Shown here: positions 1-8,558 of the stretch, one piece after another | Layout of the letters: every line of letters begins with the position of its first letter | How positions within the stretch are numbered: position 1 is the stretch's first letter | DNA from: an uncultured Methanosarcinales archaeon | Lineage (GTDB): Archaea > Nanobdellota > Nanobdellia > Woesearchaeales > DATGWN01 | Assembly (NCBI GenBank): GCA_964525725.1 | Contig: CAZGJY010000001.1 | Coordinates: 1-25,559, forward strand | Length of the DNA: 25,559 nt | Direction: 5' to 3' | Program-made: the position numbers and the translations under genes | Notes under the pieces: generated by a model | Told to the model about the DNA's origin: nothing | Databases searched by the model: none | What the model saw: only the letters and a program-made list of their open reading frames with translations

Positions 1-34
1 GGTATTAGGCCTGCGCAATTTTCAATAAAGGCGA

Positions 35-43
35 TTATATAAA
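35..43 (+). promoter_or_regulatory. TATA-like box of the histone-csaA unit
   Basis: TTATATAAA ends 23 nt before the ATG at 67, the same spacing seen at several other genes here. Confidence 0.6.
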
Positions 44-66
44 TTAAAACGCTCTATTCTGCAGAC

Positions 67-300
67 ATGGTTAGAACTACTCCAATCCCGCAACGAACGC
101 TTCCGTTGCTCGCTTTCAAGAAAATGCTCAAAGCACAAGGGGCATTGCGAATCGAAGATGATGCTCTCATTGTTATGCGACAGATTCTTGAGCAAGAGAT
201 TGCTACAACGACTGTCGAAGCGCTCAAATATTCGCGCCACGCGAAACGTCGAACAGTCCTCGCGAGCGATGTGCAATTGGCGCTTGTGAATAGGAAGTAA
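67..300 (+). CDS. Archaeal histone (HMf/HMt-like histone fold)
   Basis: Colinear with HMfB-type histones: LP..., GALRI (GAERV), RHAKRRTV (RHAGRKTI), SDVQLA (EDIELA). Residues equivalent to R19, H49, T54 and D59 are kept. Confidence 0.93.
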   Translation: MVRTTPIPQRTLPLLAFKKMLKAQGALRIEDDALIVMRQILEQEIATTTVEALKYSRHAKRRTVLASDVQLALVNRK

Positions 301-301
301 A

Positions 302-655
302 ATGATAAACGCAAACGCACCGACGGCGACAATAACTGATTTTGAGAAGTTGGACATTCGCCTCGGTAAAATTATTCTAGTCGAAGATTTTCCAGAAGCG
401 AAAAAGCCGGCGTACCGGTTGCAGATCGATTTCGGCGCAGAGATCGGCGTGAAAAAATCATGCGCACGGCTTGTTGCGAATTATACAAAAGAATCTCTGC
501 TCGGAAAACAAGTGTTATGCGTCGTCAATTTTCCGCCACGACAAATCGGTCCGGCTGTCTCTGAAGTGTTGACGCTCGGCGTTCCTGATGAGAATGGGAA
601 TTGCGTTCTCGTGCAACCGGAAAGAAATGCGGTTATGGGTAAGAAGTTATATTGA
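302..655 (+). CDS. csaA: CsaA / Trbp111-type OB-fold tRNA-binding and export chaperone
   Basis: DFEKLDIRLGKI, AKKPAYRLQIDFG, VVNFPPRQIG, SEVLTLG match the CsaA family. Starts 1 nt after the histone stop. Confidence 0.88.
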   Translation: MINANAPTATITDFEKLDIRLGKIILVEDFPEAKKPAYRLQIDFGAEIGVKKSCARLVANYTKESLLGKQVLCVVNFPPRQIGPAVSEVLTLGVPDENGNCVLVQPERNAVMGKKLY

Positions 656-684
656 GTACTATTTGTTTTGAACGACCGATAAAA

Positions 685-1620
685 CTAATCAAATAATTCT
701 TTGTATTTTACGTGTATTTCTTTGACGAACTTTTCCAGCGTGAAAATGCCGAATTCACATATTATTCCGGTGATGAGCTTTCGGTCAATTTTCTCGAATG
801 CGTAATTCTTTATTGTGACTCCTTTCGGCGCATCCGCCCAAATCTCTTTGGGCGAACGCTCTTCTATCTCCTCTTTCCAGATATTTGTCGTACGGGGATC
901 GAATTTCCACGAATCCGTGCAGATGTAGACTGGAATATTGTATTCTTTCGCAATGACGCAGACAAGCTCCGAGCCGATTTTGTTGTAGACTTTGAGATCC
1001 GAATCGATCGCGTCAGCGCCGAGGAGAACGAGATCGCATTGCTTGATCGCGATCCGTGCGGCGCTGTCCGGATAGTGGATGACTTTGACGCCGTGCTTTG
1101 CGAGCTCTTGCGCAGTGATCCGTCCTTGCAAAAGCGGACGCGTCTCTGTATTGTGCACCGTTATTTTTTTGCCAGAGACGACTGCATCGAGGATGATTGC
1201 AATGACAGCGGACGAATGACAGTGCGTGAATATGTGCGCGTCGTTCTTTAGTTTTGATGAGCCAATCTGCGGCAATGTGACAATGACATGATCAAAATGT
1301 TTTTGCACCACTCTTTCTCTCGTCAAAATGTCCGCGTGCATGTCATTCATCGACTTGCATTTTTCTGCGCGGACATCAGAGAAGAGAAGACCGAGTGCAT
1401 TGCGTAGCGCAGGCTCTGTGGGCCGCGTCGCAAAAAGACGATCCCGTGCGTTCTGCAATCGTCGAAGGTAGTCTTTTGTCGATTGCAACGATTTGAACGC
1501 TTCGTTCTCTGCGGCGAGAAATGCACGCACTGCTTCGCGCGCGATAGATTCAGCCCCTTGGATCTTGACAGATTTTATGTCTGCCTCTATGCGCAGAAAT
1601 GTTTTATCTAAGATTGGCAT
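685..1620 (-). CDS. Ribose-1,5-bisphosphate isomerase (eIF2B-like family)
   Basis: IQGA, ATRPTEP, THCHS (catalytic Cys), ETRP.LQG, GAD (catalytic Asp), NKIGS, NYAFE. SD-like GGGGA upstream. Confidence 0.85.
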   Translation of the reverse strand: MPILDKTFLRIEADIKSVKIQGAESIAREAVRAFLAAENEAFKSLQSTKDYLRRLQNARDRLFATRPTEPALRNALGLLFSDVRAEKCKSMNDMHADILTRERVVQKHFDHVIVTLPQIGSSKLKNDAHIFTHCHSSAVIAIILDAVVSGKKITVHNTETRPLLQGRITAQELAKHGVKVIHYPDSAARIAIKQCDLVLLGADAIDSDLKVYNKIGSELVCVIAKEYNIPVYICTDSWKFDPRTTNIWKEEIEERSPKEIWADAPKGVTIKNYAFEKIDRKLITGIICEFGIFTLEKFVKEIHVKYKELFD

Positions 1621-1738
1621 GTATGCTATTCCCCTTTTTTGAGAAAATACGTCGTCATAAGTTTATAAATATACGCGCTTACGACCGAACTAAAAAAGGT
1701 TGACCTATAATTGACTAGATAAGTTAGGGAATTTAGAA

Positions 1739-2155
1739 TTAACTGGCTTTTGGCCGTTGTTGCGAAATTGCGCCGTACATTTTTTCGTAATAACCGATTG
1801 CAATATCTAATGTGTCAAAGACATCTTTACCAAATCGAGCGAGATGCGTTTTCCATTCCGGATGTTCTTTGTTTTCCATCAAAGGAGCATAATCATTCTT
1901 GACTTTTCTCGCTAACTGACAACTTGCCATGAAAAGCAATAAATTACTGTACGCTTGCGGATTTGATGTAACATCATTTGTAGAATATGTGAGACCTAAT
2001 CCTTCTTGTACTAAGTCGAGGCAAGCTCTTTGAAATAATTCTGCTTTCTGCTCATCAGAAGCTAATCTTGCTTTAAGAGCAATTCCTTTTGCCTTATGCA
2101 AAAAGAATTCTCGGCCACCTAATACATATGCAGCAATACCATCGTCAATTGCCAT
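1739..2155 (-). CDS. Hypothetical protein (AT-rich orphan, predicted helical)
   Basis: 138-aa ORF filling the gap between two housekeeping genes, with a TATA-like ATATAAAT just upstream. No motif recognised. Confidence 0.7.
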   Translation of the reverse strand: MAIDDGIAAYVLGGREFFLHKAKGIALKARLASDEQKAELFQRACLDLVQEGLGLTYSTNDVTSNPQAYSNLLLFMASCQLARKVKNDYAPLMENKEHPEWKTHLARFGKDVFDTLDIAIGYYEKMYGAISQQRPKAS

Positions 2156-2309
2156 AATGAAGAGGAATAAACCGCAATTTATATTCGTTTGGGAATATGA
2201 TTTGCGTTGATCCTTCCTCTGATTCTTCTTTTGCCGTCAGTAATGAGCAGCGGAAGATCGCTCCCGCTCTTTTGTCGTGCAGCTATTGCGTGCTGCGCAA
2301 GTCAACAAA

Positions 2310-2317
2310 CTTATAAA
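2310..2317 (+). promoter_or_regulatory. TATA-like box of rnz
   Basis: CTTATAAA ends 22 nt before the ATG at 2340. Confidence 0.55.
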
Positions 2318-2339
2318 AGAATTGTCGTTTCCTTCCGAT

Positions 2340-3245
2340 ATGAAAATCACATTGCTCGGCACGAGCTGCATGGTTCCGACGAAGGAGAGAAATGTCAGCG
2401 CGACGTATCTTGAATATAATGGTCAAGGCATCCTCTTCGACTGCGGCGAAGGAACGCAGCGGCAGATGAGCATGGCAGGTATCTCGCGCCACGATACGAA
2501 ACGGATCTTCATCACGCATTGGCACGCAGATCACACTGCTGGTCTCGTCGGTATGCTGCAGACGATGTCTAACGTCGAGAAAGAGCATGTTGAAGTCGAT
2601 ATCTACGGCCCGCTCGGAACTGCGCAGCGCTTGCAATCATTCCTCGACGCAACCGTGAGCGAGCAAGACATCGAGATTCGCGTGCATGAGCTTGAACCTG
2701 CGAGCAAAATATCAGTCGCCTGCGAAACACCATCGTATACTATCGAATATATCTCGCTCGAACACACAACGCCGTGCGTTGGCTATCGTTTTGTCGAGAA
2801 GGATCGGCTGCGAATCAAAGTGAATGAGATCGAGAAGCTCGGGATCCCGCAAGGACCGCTCCTCGGCAAATTGCAGGATGGCAAAGACATTGAGTGGAAG
2901 AAGAAAAAAGTGAAATCTGCCGACGTCACATATCTCGTCGCGGGAAAAACATTCGCATATATCGTTGACACTGCATTCTGCCCGCAAGCAATCGAGCTCG
3001 CGAAAAATGCAGATCTCCTCGTCGCAGAAGCGACGTTCACAAAGGGCCAGGAAGAGAAAGCGATCGCATCAAAACATATGACGAGCACGCAATCCGCGCA
3101 AGTCGCGGCGATGGCTGACGTGAAAAAACTTGTGCTGACTCATATCAGCCAGCGGTACAAAAATCCAGCCGATATTATCGAAGAAGCAAAGGACATTTTC
3201 CCAGACACACAGATCGGTTTCGATTTGATGACAATAAAATTGTGA
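2340..3245 (+). CDS. rnz: Ribonuclease Z (tRNA 3' processing)
   Basis: MKITLLGTS, LFDCGEGTQRQ, THWHADH (HxHxDH), GP-rich exosite GIPQGP, AYIVDT, EATF, LTHISQRY. Start moved from 2277 to 2340 on family N-terminus and TATA spacing. Confidence 0.95.
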   Translation: MKITLLGTSCMVPTKERNVSATYLEYNGQGILFDCGEGTQRQMSMAGISRHDTKRIFITHWHADHTAGLVGMLQTMSNVEKEHVEVDIYGPLGTAQRLQSFLDATVSEQDIEIRVHELEPASKISVACETPSYTIEYISLEHTTPCVGYRFVEKDRLRIKVNEIEKLGIPQGPLLGKLQDGKDIEWKKKKVKSADVTYLVAGKTFAYIVDTAFCPQAIELAKNADLLVAEATFTKGQEEKAIASKHMTSTQSAQVAAMADVKKLVLTHISQRYKNPADIIEEAKDIFPDTQIGFDLMTIKL

Positions 3246-3255
3246 GGTTCATGAG

Positions 3256-3711
3256 ATGCCTGCAATTGAAGCTGAAGAGTATGTCCATCTCCCTCGAGGA
3301 ACAGTTTTTGCCAATCCTTTGTATTATCCAATCGTCACCCCTCAAGGTATTGATTGGCATTGCGAGTCTGCGAACCCACTTAGTCTTGTCGCTCGGCCAC
3401 ACGATGAAACGTCTTATTTCGGAATTATCCATAGAAAATTGTTTGTCAAACCGCCACTCATCGCACGTTTTTTCTTGATAAGAGAATTTGAGCCGCTCTA
3501 TTTTGCGCAGGCACTTGAAGAATTGATTGACAGACAATTAATAGCTGAAAAATATATCGGCGATGCGTATAATATTTCGCGATCCGCGGTAAACGTTCCG
3601 CCTGCGTTCCAGAATGTGTATGTTGTAAACAATGGCAATAATATCTATATCAAAGAACCGCCGAAAGATCCGTCGTTACGCTCAAATAGATTGTTTGCGA
3701 GATTAAGTTAG
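3256..3711 (+). CDS. Hypothetical protein
   Basis: 151-aa ORF 10 nt after rnz on the same strand. No recognised motif. Confidence 0.65.
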   Translation: MPAIEAEEYVHLPRGTVFANPLYYPIVTPQGIDWHCESANPLSLVARPHDETSYFGIIHRKLFVKPPLIARFFLIREFEPLYFAQALEELIDRQLIAEKYIGDAYNISRSAVNVPPAFQNVYVVNNGNNIYIKEPPKDPSLRSNRLFARLS

Positions 3712-3757
3712 TGGAAAGTTGTCCAAGATCAGGAATCAAATGACATTGTCTTCGCAA

Positions 3758-4432
3758 TCATACGGTGCTACTGCAAACTCCTACGAGAAAATTTTTGACA
3801 GACATTTTTCTCATCTGCATGTCGCTTCTGGCGAGGTAGTCTGAATGGAATGATTGAACTACAGAGAGATACGCGGATTCGGCTCGCGCCAGCCCATACT
3901 TTTGCTTTATCTGTCGCAGCGATTGTACCATACGACTTGCGCGCTCATACATCTCATGCGCCGCATCAGTTTGAGCGCTCGAACTGGCATGATGTTCTAG
4001 ATGCTTCTCAGGTACTGTTCGCGCATCTAATAGTCTTCGCACAAGATCATTCAATGCATCATGCGATAATTCGACCATATCATCAAATATACCGTACGGA
4101 AGATTTTTGTCTGCGAATCTAGGAAACTCGGTTCCAATCTGCACTCTATTCCAAGTGTTTTTCCTGTGAACAAGAATCGCATTATCACGGCTTATTTTTC
4201 GGTTGTACACAAAAATGAGATTGGGCACCGCGCCATCCGGCGGATTGAGTGGAGAGACACAGTTCACCGTTAATTCTGAAAGATAATGTGAATACAAGTC
4301 TTTCTGATAAACGCCAACGAAGCCATGATCTCCTGCTCTGACAACATCTTTTGCAGGTATTTGATTCTTGTCGTGCGCGACGCCAGAAAATATCTCGCTC
4401 AATGAACCAGTTGCGTATGAAAAAGCAAACAT
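3758..4432 (-). CDS. Hypothetical protein
   Basis: Long ORF (GTG at 4435, ATG at 4432) downstream of trm5 with an AT-rich TATA-like tract upstream. No recognised motif. Confidence 0.65.
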   Translation of the reverse strand: MFAFSYATGSLSEIFSGVAHDKNQIPAKDVVRAGDHGFVGVYQKDLYSHYLSELTVNCVSPLNPPDGAVPNLIFVYNRKISRDNAILVHRKNTWNRVQIGTEFPRFADKNLPYGIFDDMVELSHDALNDLVRRLLDARTVPEKHLEHHASSSAQTDAAHEMYERASRMVQSLRQIKQKYGLARAESAYLSVVQSFHSDYLARSDMQMRKMSVKNFLVGVCSSTV

Positions 4433-4493
4433 CACAAATGAGGACTCAGGAGTGGTTAATAAAAGTTACGTGCAGCTACACACACAGAACGCA

Positions 4494-5588
4494 TCAAAGA
4501 ATCTCGACATCGACGCAGATACGATATGTGCGGATGCCTTGCGCGCCGCAAGTATAGATGCCAAGCACTTTGTATTTGAGTTCGTGCTTCTTGCATGCAG
4601 CATCGATGCGCTGGATCGCGGTATCGAATTCATCTTCGTGCAGGAAATCGTAATAGTGGATGATTGTTCCGCGTTTTGAAATGGAAAGCGCGTCATCAAG
4701 ATATTCGTGCGCGGATTTGGGCAGATTCATGATAATGCGATCATATGTCCGCGGAATATCTTGCGCGAGATGTTTGTGGTCGAGAAGCAGCGGCAACACT
4801 TTATGCACGTCGCCGCAAAAGAGATGGACATTCTTGAGTTTGTTCGCGTGGATCGTCTCTTGCGCATATTTGTGCGCGATCGGATTTATCTCGATGCCGA
4901 CGATCGATTTCGCTTGCGTCTTTTTGCCTATGACTGCGCAGTACGGCGCTGCTCCGGAGAAAAAAACCATGATATTTTCTCTCGTATCCATAGTATTTTT
5001 GCTATTCTCAGCCGCTTTGACAAGATTTGCGATGCGCAATCGCTCCGTCGATAATCTCGGCGAGAAATATACTTGCTCAACATCGACGAGCATGCGCACG
5101 CCACTCTCGACGTGCATCGTCTCGCGCGTGTCGACGCCGGCGAGGAATTTCATCGGCTGCGTTCTGTATTGTCCTTGATGCGCGCCGTCCTTTCGCAAGA
5201 CAGTTTTTATGTTTGCATTAGTTAGGATGAGCGCGTTTGCGATTTCTTTTTCTTTCTCTCGCAGCTCGTTATCAATCTCGAGGATCGCGATTGTTCCAAC
5301 GGTATCGTATGCAGTCTTGAGTTTTTCGAGCTGCTCTGCGGTGAGAATCGATTTGAGTGCTTGTTTAAGGGTGAGCGAGCGTGCGGTCTTCGTGAAAAAA
5401 TCGTCTGCGACTTCTTTGCATGTCGCGCCGTTGATTGTTTCGCCAATTGCGATAGGTGCTATTACGGGAAAAGAGATTGTTGTCTTTGTTTTTTTGAACT
5501 GGAACTCTTTGTCGAGCAGAGAATCTGATTGCAACACATCAATTACACGTTTTGCATCCGCTAGTTTTGCGGTGATTGCATATACCAT
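4494..5588 (-). CDS. trm5: Trm5-family tRNA (guanine-37-N1) methyltransferase, NLPK type
   Basis: YDTVGTIAI, VYFSPRLSTERLRI, variant motif I FFSGAAPY, GIEINP, RIIMNLPK, IIHYYDF, RICVD. N-terminal D1-like domain present. Confidence 0.85.
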   Translation of the reverse strand: MVYAITAKLADAKRVIDVLQSDSLLDKEFQFKKTKTTISFPVIAPIAIGETINGATCKEVADDFFTKTARSLTLKQALKSILTAEQLEKLKTAYDTVGTIAILEIDNELREKEKEIANALILTNANIKTVLRKDGAHQGQYRTQPMKFLAGVDTRETMHVESGVRMLVDVEQVYFSPRLSTERLRIANLVKAAENSKNTMDTRENIMVFFSGAAPYCAVIGKKTQAKSIVGIEINPIAHKYAQETIHANKLKNVHLFCGDVHKVLPLLLDHKHLAQDIPRTYDRIIMNLPKSAHEYLDDALSISKRGTIIHYYDFLHEDEFDTAIQRIDAACKKHELKYKVLGIYTCGAQGIRTYRICVDVEIL

Positions 5589-5642
5589 GGGAATTGTTTC
5601 ACGGGAATTCTTTTACTGTCTTTCATTGAGAGATACCCTCGA

Positions 5643-5664
5643 ATCTTATAAAGATTTATAAGAT
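5643..5664. promoter_or_regulatory. Perfect dyad of two opposed TATA-like boxes between divergent trm5 and DUF357 genes
   Basis: ATCTTATAA-agat-TTATAAGAT: 9-bp inverted repeat with a 4-nt spacer. Confidence 0.5.
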
Positions 5665-5762
5665 AAATCCTAAGATGATTGACAATCCGATTTAGTAAAA
5701 CGGCTGCGTAATAATTAGCAATAGCCAACAATCGTAACAATTTGTGCTCACGAGTAGAAAAA

Positions 5763-6137
5763 ATGAAAAATACACAAGGCAATTCTGGAAAAGTCGACCG
5801 AGCGACGGAGCGAAACAATCAGATAAGCGATGAGAAACTTGCGAAATATTTCGATGTGACTCGTCGTGCGCTCGCAAAAATAAAATTAGATGCTGATGTT
5901 GTTGTCGATGCGCGCAAGAGCGGCGAAGATTTTCTCGATATGGCGCAGCGATATTTCGACGATGCAAAACATTTTGAGAAGTCTGGCGATTTTGTCAATG
6001 CGTTCGCAGCGCTCAATTATGCGCACGGATGGCTCGATGCTGGCGCGCGGCTCGGATTCTTCGATGTTGGCGGCGACAATGTCTTGTTCACCGTCGATGA
6101 TGCGCATGTCGCTGCGATAAAGAAACGAAATAACTGA
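5763..6137 (+). CDS. DUF357 domain protein
   Basis: MAQRYFDDAKHF...GDFVNAFAALNYAHGWLDAGARLG is the DUF357 signature. ATG at 5763 preferred to the GTG at 5742. Confidence 0.88.
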   Translation: MKNTQGNSGKVDRATERNNQISDEKLAKYFDVTRRALAKIKLDADVVVDARKSGEDFLDMAQRYFDDAKHFEKSGDFVNAFAALNYAHGWLDAGARLGFFDVGGDNVLFTVDDAHVAAIKKRNN

Positions 6138-6177
6138 ATCGCACAATAAACGATCTTTCAGATTTTTCATTGCAACT

Positions 6178-6214
6178 GTGACGCTCCTCCTCAAGGCGTC
6201 CTCGTCACTTTTTT
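6178..6214 (+). terminator. Hairpin plus T6 tract after DUF357
   Basis: GTGACG (6178-6183) pairs with CGTCAC (6203-6208) and is followed by TTTTTT. Confidence 0.4.
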
Positions 6215-6269
6215 CATATCTTTATCACTTTTGAGTAAATAATATAAATGCTGGTTTTATCTCAGCAAT

Positions 6270-6881
6270 ATGACTTCGCAAATTCCCACCCATTTCTTGT
6301 CACAAGTCGGAAAACTTGGTGATTGGAGTGTCGATGAACACATTGTCTATTCAGACGATGAACTGATTGTTGGTGCAAATAAATCGCATCCTGCGCTCTT
6401 CAAGTTTTATGAACTTTCACCTGCGAGTCATCTCAAGCGAGACAATGCTGAGCATCGGTCTGAATTGAATGCAGCACGTGAAACTTGCGAACATTTGCTT
6501 CTTGCTGAACCTATCGGAACTACCGGACTCGGGTTTGCGATTTGGTCGCCGAACATAAATTGGCTTTCGTTGTATGGCTTTGGAAAAACTTTGCAGCCAT
6601 CAGCTAAGAATTTTCCACACATAGTCGATCAGAGATTATTCTCCTACGATGATCCGAGGAATATCGGAAGCACGCTTCACGAGCAGGATCTTAAACCGAG
6701 CGGCGCATTTTGTTCGCTTGAAGGAGAAGTGATTGGCATCGAATCTCAGGAATTCAATGAATTTGTAGCGAGAAAACAACGCGGTGTGCCATCTGAAATG
6801 GCTCTGAAATCATATTTGAAATCCCGCGCACTCGGCCGTATGATTTCCCCAAACTATCATTTAGACCGTGTGCAGTTCTAA
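6270..6881 (+). CDS. Hypothetical protein
   Basis: 203-aa ORF with an upstream AATATAAAT box. Motifs GLGFAIWS and FCSLEGEVIGIE; no function assignable. Confidence 0.75.
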   Translation: MTSQIPTHFLSQVGKLGDWSVDEHIVYSDDELIVGANKSHPALFKFYELSPASHLKRDNAEHRSELNAARETCEHLLLAEPIGTTGLGFAIWSPNINWLSLYGFGKTLQPSAKNFPHIVDQRLFSYDDPRNIGSTLHEQDLKPSGAFCSLEGEVIGIESQEFNEFVARKQRGVPSEMALKSYLKSRALGRMISPNYHLDRVQF

Positions 6882-6947
6882 GCCAACGATATCTTCGCAA
6901 AAACTTTGCAGATTAATTCGATTACGCAACAATTTGAGCTCATCAAA

Positions 6948-6955
6948 TTTATAAA
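6948..6955 (+). promoter_or_regulatory. TATA-like box of eif2g
   Basis: TTTATAAA ends 22 nt before the ATG at 6978. Confidence 0.6.
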
Positions 6956-6977
6956 GAGCCTCAAATTCGTCTGTTCA

Positions 6978-8549
6978 ATGGCTATAACATCGAAAAAATC
7001 TGCAGAAAAAGTAGAAAAACCAGTCGCCAATGCGAATCCTGCGACTGAAAAAACGTCTGCGCATCCAACGCATCCAAAAAACGATGCATCGCATTCATCT
7101 CAATCATCAGCATTGACTACACCTCTTGCAGTCGAAACGCTCGCTGAAACGAAGAAGCAAAAACCAGCGAAAAAATCGACAGCCAAGAAAGGCGAGGATA
7201 ACGCAGGCAGTCCTTCCACAGGCGGTTCTCATTCGCATCATGCAAATGCAAGCTCAACTTCATCGCATGCTCATCCGGCTCATCACTCTGGTGCGGGAAA
7301 AGACGGAAAAGAAATCACCGATAATCAACCTGTCGTCAACATCGGACTCGTCGGTCACGTCGACCACGGAAAGACGACACTGACACAGGCACTCTCAGGT
7401 AAATGGACGGACACGCACTCTGAAGAAGTCAAGCGAGGAATCACAATCAGACTCGGCTATGCCGATGCAATTTTCTACAAAAATACGCAGAGCGGCAAAT
7501 ATTCGACGAAAGACAAAGACGCTGAGAGCGGCAAACCAAACACACCAGTTCGAAAGGTCTCATTCATCGATGCGCCGGGCCACGAAAGCCTCATGGCAAC
7601 GATGCTTGCCGGTTCGATGATCATGGACGGCGCGCTCCTTCTCGTATCCGCAAACGAAACGTGCCCGCAACCGCAGACAAAAGAACATCTTGCTGCGCTT
7701 GAAATGTGCGACATCAAGAACGTCATCGTCGTCCAGAATAAAATCGACATTGTCGATGAAGCTGCTGCACGAAAAAACTATCAACAGATCAAAGATTTTC
7801 TCAAAGGAACTCCATACGAGAATGTCCCGATCATCCCAGTCTCCGCAGTCCACAATATCAATATCGATTATCTCGTCGAAGCGATCGAGACATATATTCC
7901 GACGCCAGCACGCAATCCCAACGATGTGCCGATGATGCTTGTCGCACGAAGCTTTGACGTCAACAAGCCGGGAACAGAGCCGTCAAAACTCAAAGGCGGA
8001 ATTTTGGGCGGAAGCCTTGTCAAAGGAACGCTCAAGATCGGCGATCAGATCGAGATCCGTCCTGGACGTATTTTCGAACAGAAGAACAAGCAAGTCCACA
8101 AATCGTATCTCACGACGGTCACGTCAATCGTCACGGGTTCTAAAGTCGTGCAATCAGTGCGGCCTGGTGGTTCTATCGCAATCCTCACAACACTCGATCC
8201 GGCGATCGTCAAAGCAGACAAATTGACTGGTTGCGTCGTCGGTCATCCAGACAAATTGCCGCCAGTGTGGGATACACTCAAACTCGATGTCCATCTGCTC
8301 GAGCGAGTCGTCGGTTCCAAAGAAGCGAACGAAATCGTCGAGCCGCTGCGAAAAGCCGAACCACTGATGCTCAATATCAATTCAGCGACGACTGTCGGCA
8401 TCATCCGCGATCTTTCACGAGGAGAGATCATCTGCCCGCTCAAATTGCCGGTCTGCGCTGACATCGGCAGCCGAGTCACAATCTCTCGCCGTGTCGGCAA
8501 TCGTTTCCGATTGATCGGCTATGGAATAATAATGGATTATTCAGAATAG
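6978..8549 (+). CDS. eif2g: Translation initiation factor aIF2 gamma subunit with long N-terminal extension
   Basis: QPVVNIGLVGHVDHGKTT, RGITIRLGYA, DAPGHE, QNKID, SAVH, RSFDVNKPG, GRIF, RFRLIGYG. Start at 6978 supported by TATA spacing. Confidence 0.96.
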   Translation: MAITSKKSAEKVEKPVANANPATEKTSAHPTHPKNDASHSSQSSALTTPLAVETLAETKKQKPAKKSTAKKGEDNAGSPSTGGSHSHHANASSTSSHAHPAHHSGAGKDGKEITDNQPVVNIGLVGHVDHGKTTLTQALSGKWTDTHSEEVKRGITIRLGYADAIFYKNTQSGKYSTKDKDAESGKPNTPVRKVSFIDAPGHESLMATMLAGSMIMDGALLLVSANETCPQPQTKEHLAALEMCDIKNVIVVQNKIDIVDEAAARKNYQQIKDFLKGTPYENVPIIPVSAVHNINIDYLVEAIETYIPTPARNPNDVPMMLVARSFDVNKPGTEPSKLKGGILGGSLVKGTLKIGDQIEIRPGRIFEQKNKQVHKSYLTTVTSIVTGSKVVQSVRPGGSIAILTTLDPAIVKADKLTGCVVGHPDKLPPVWDTLKLDVHLLERVVGSKEANEIVEPLRKAEPLMLNINSATTVGIIRDLSRGEIICPLKLPVCADIGSRVTISRRVGNRFRLIGYGIIMDYSE

Positions 8550-8558
8550 AAATAACTA

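Noticed and set aside
672-1688. 8-bp direct repeat ACGACCGA on both sides of the R15P isomerase gene
   Set aside because: Too short to exceed chance, with no terminal inverted repeats or transposase.
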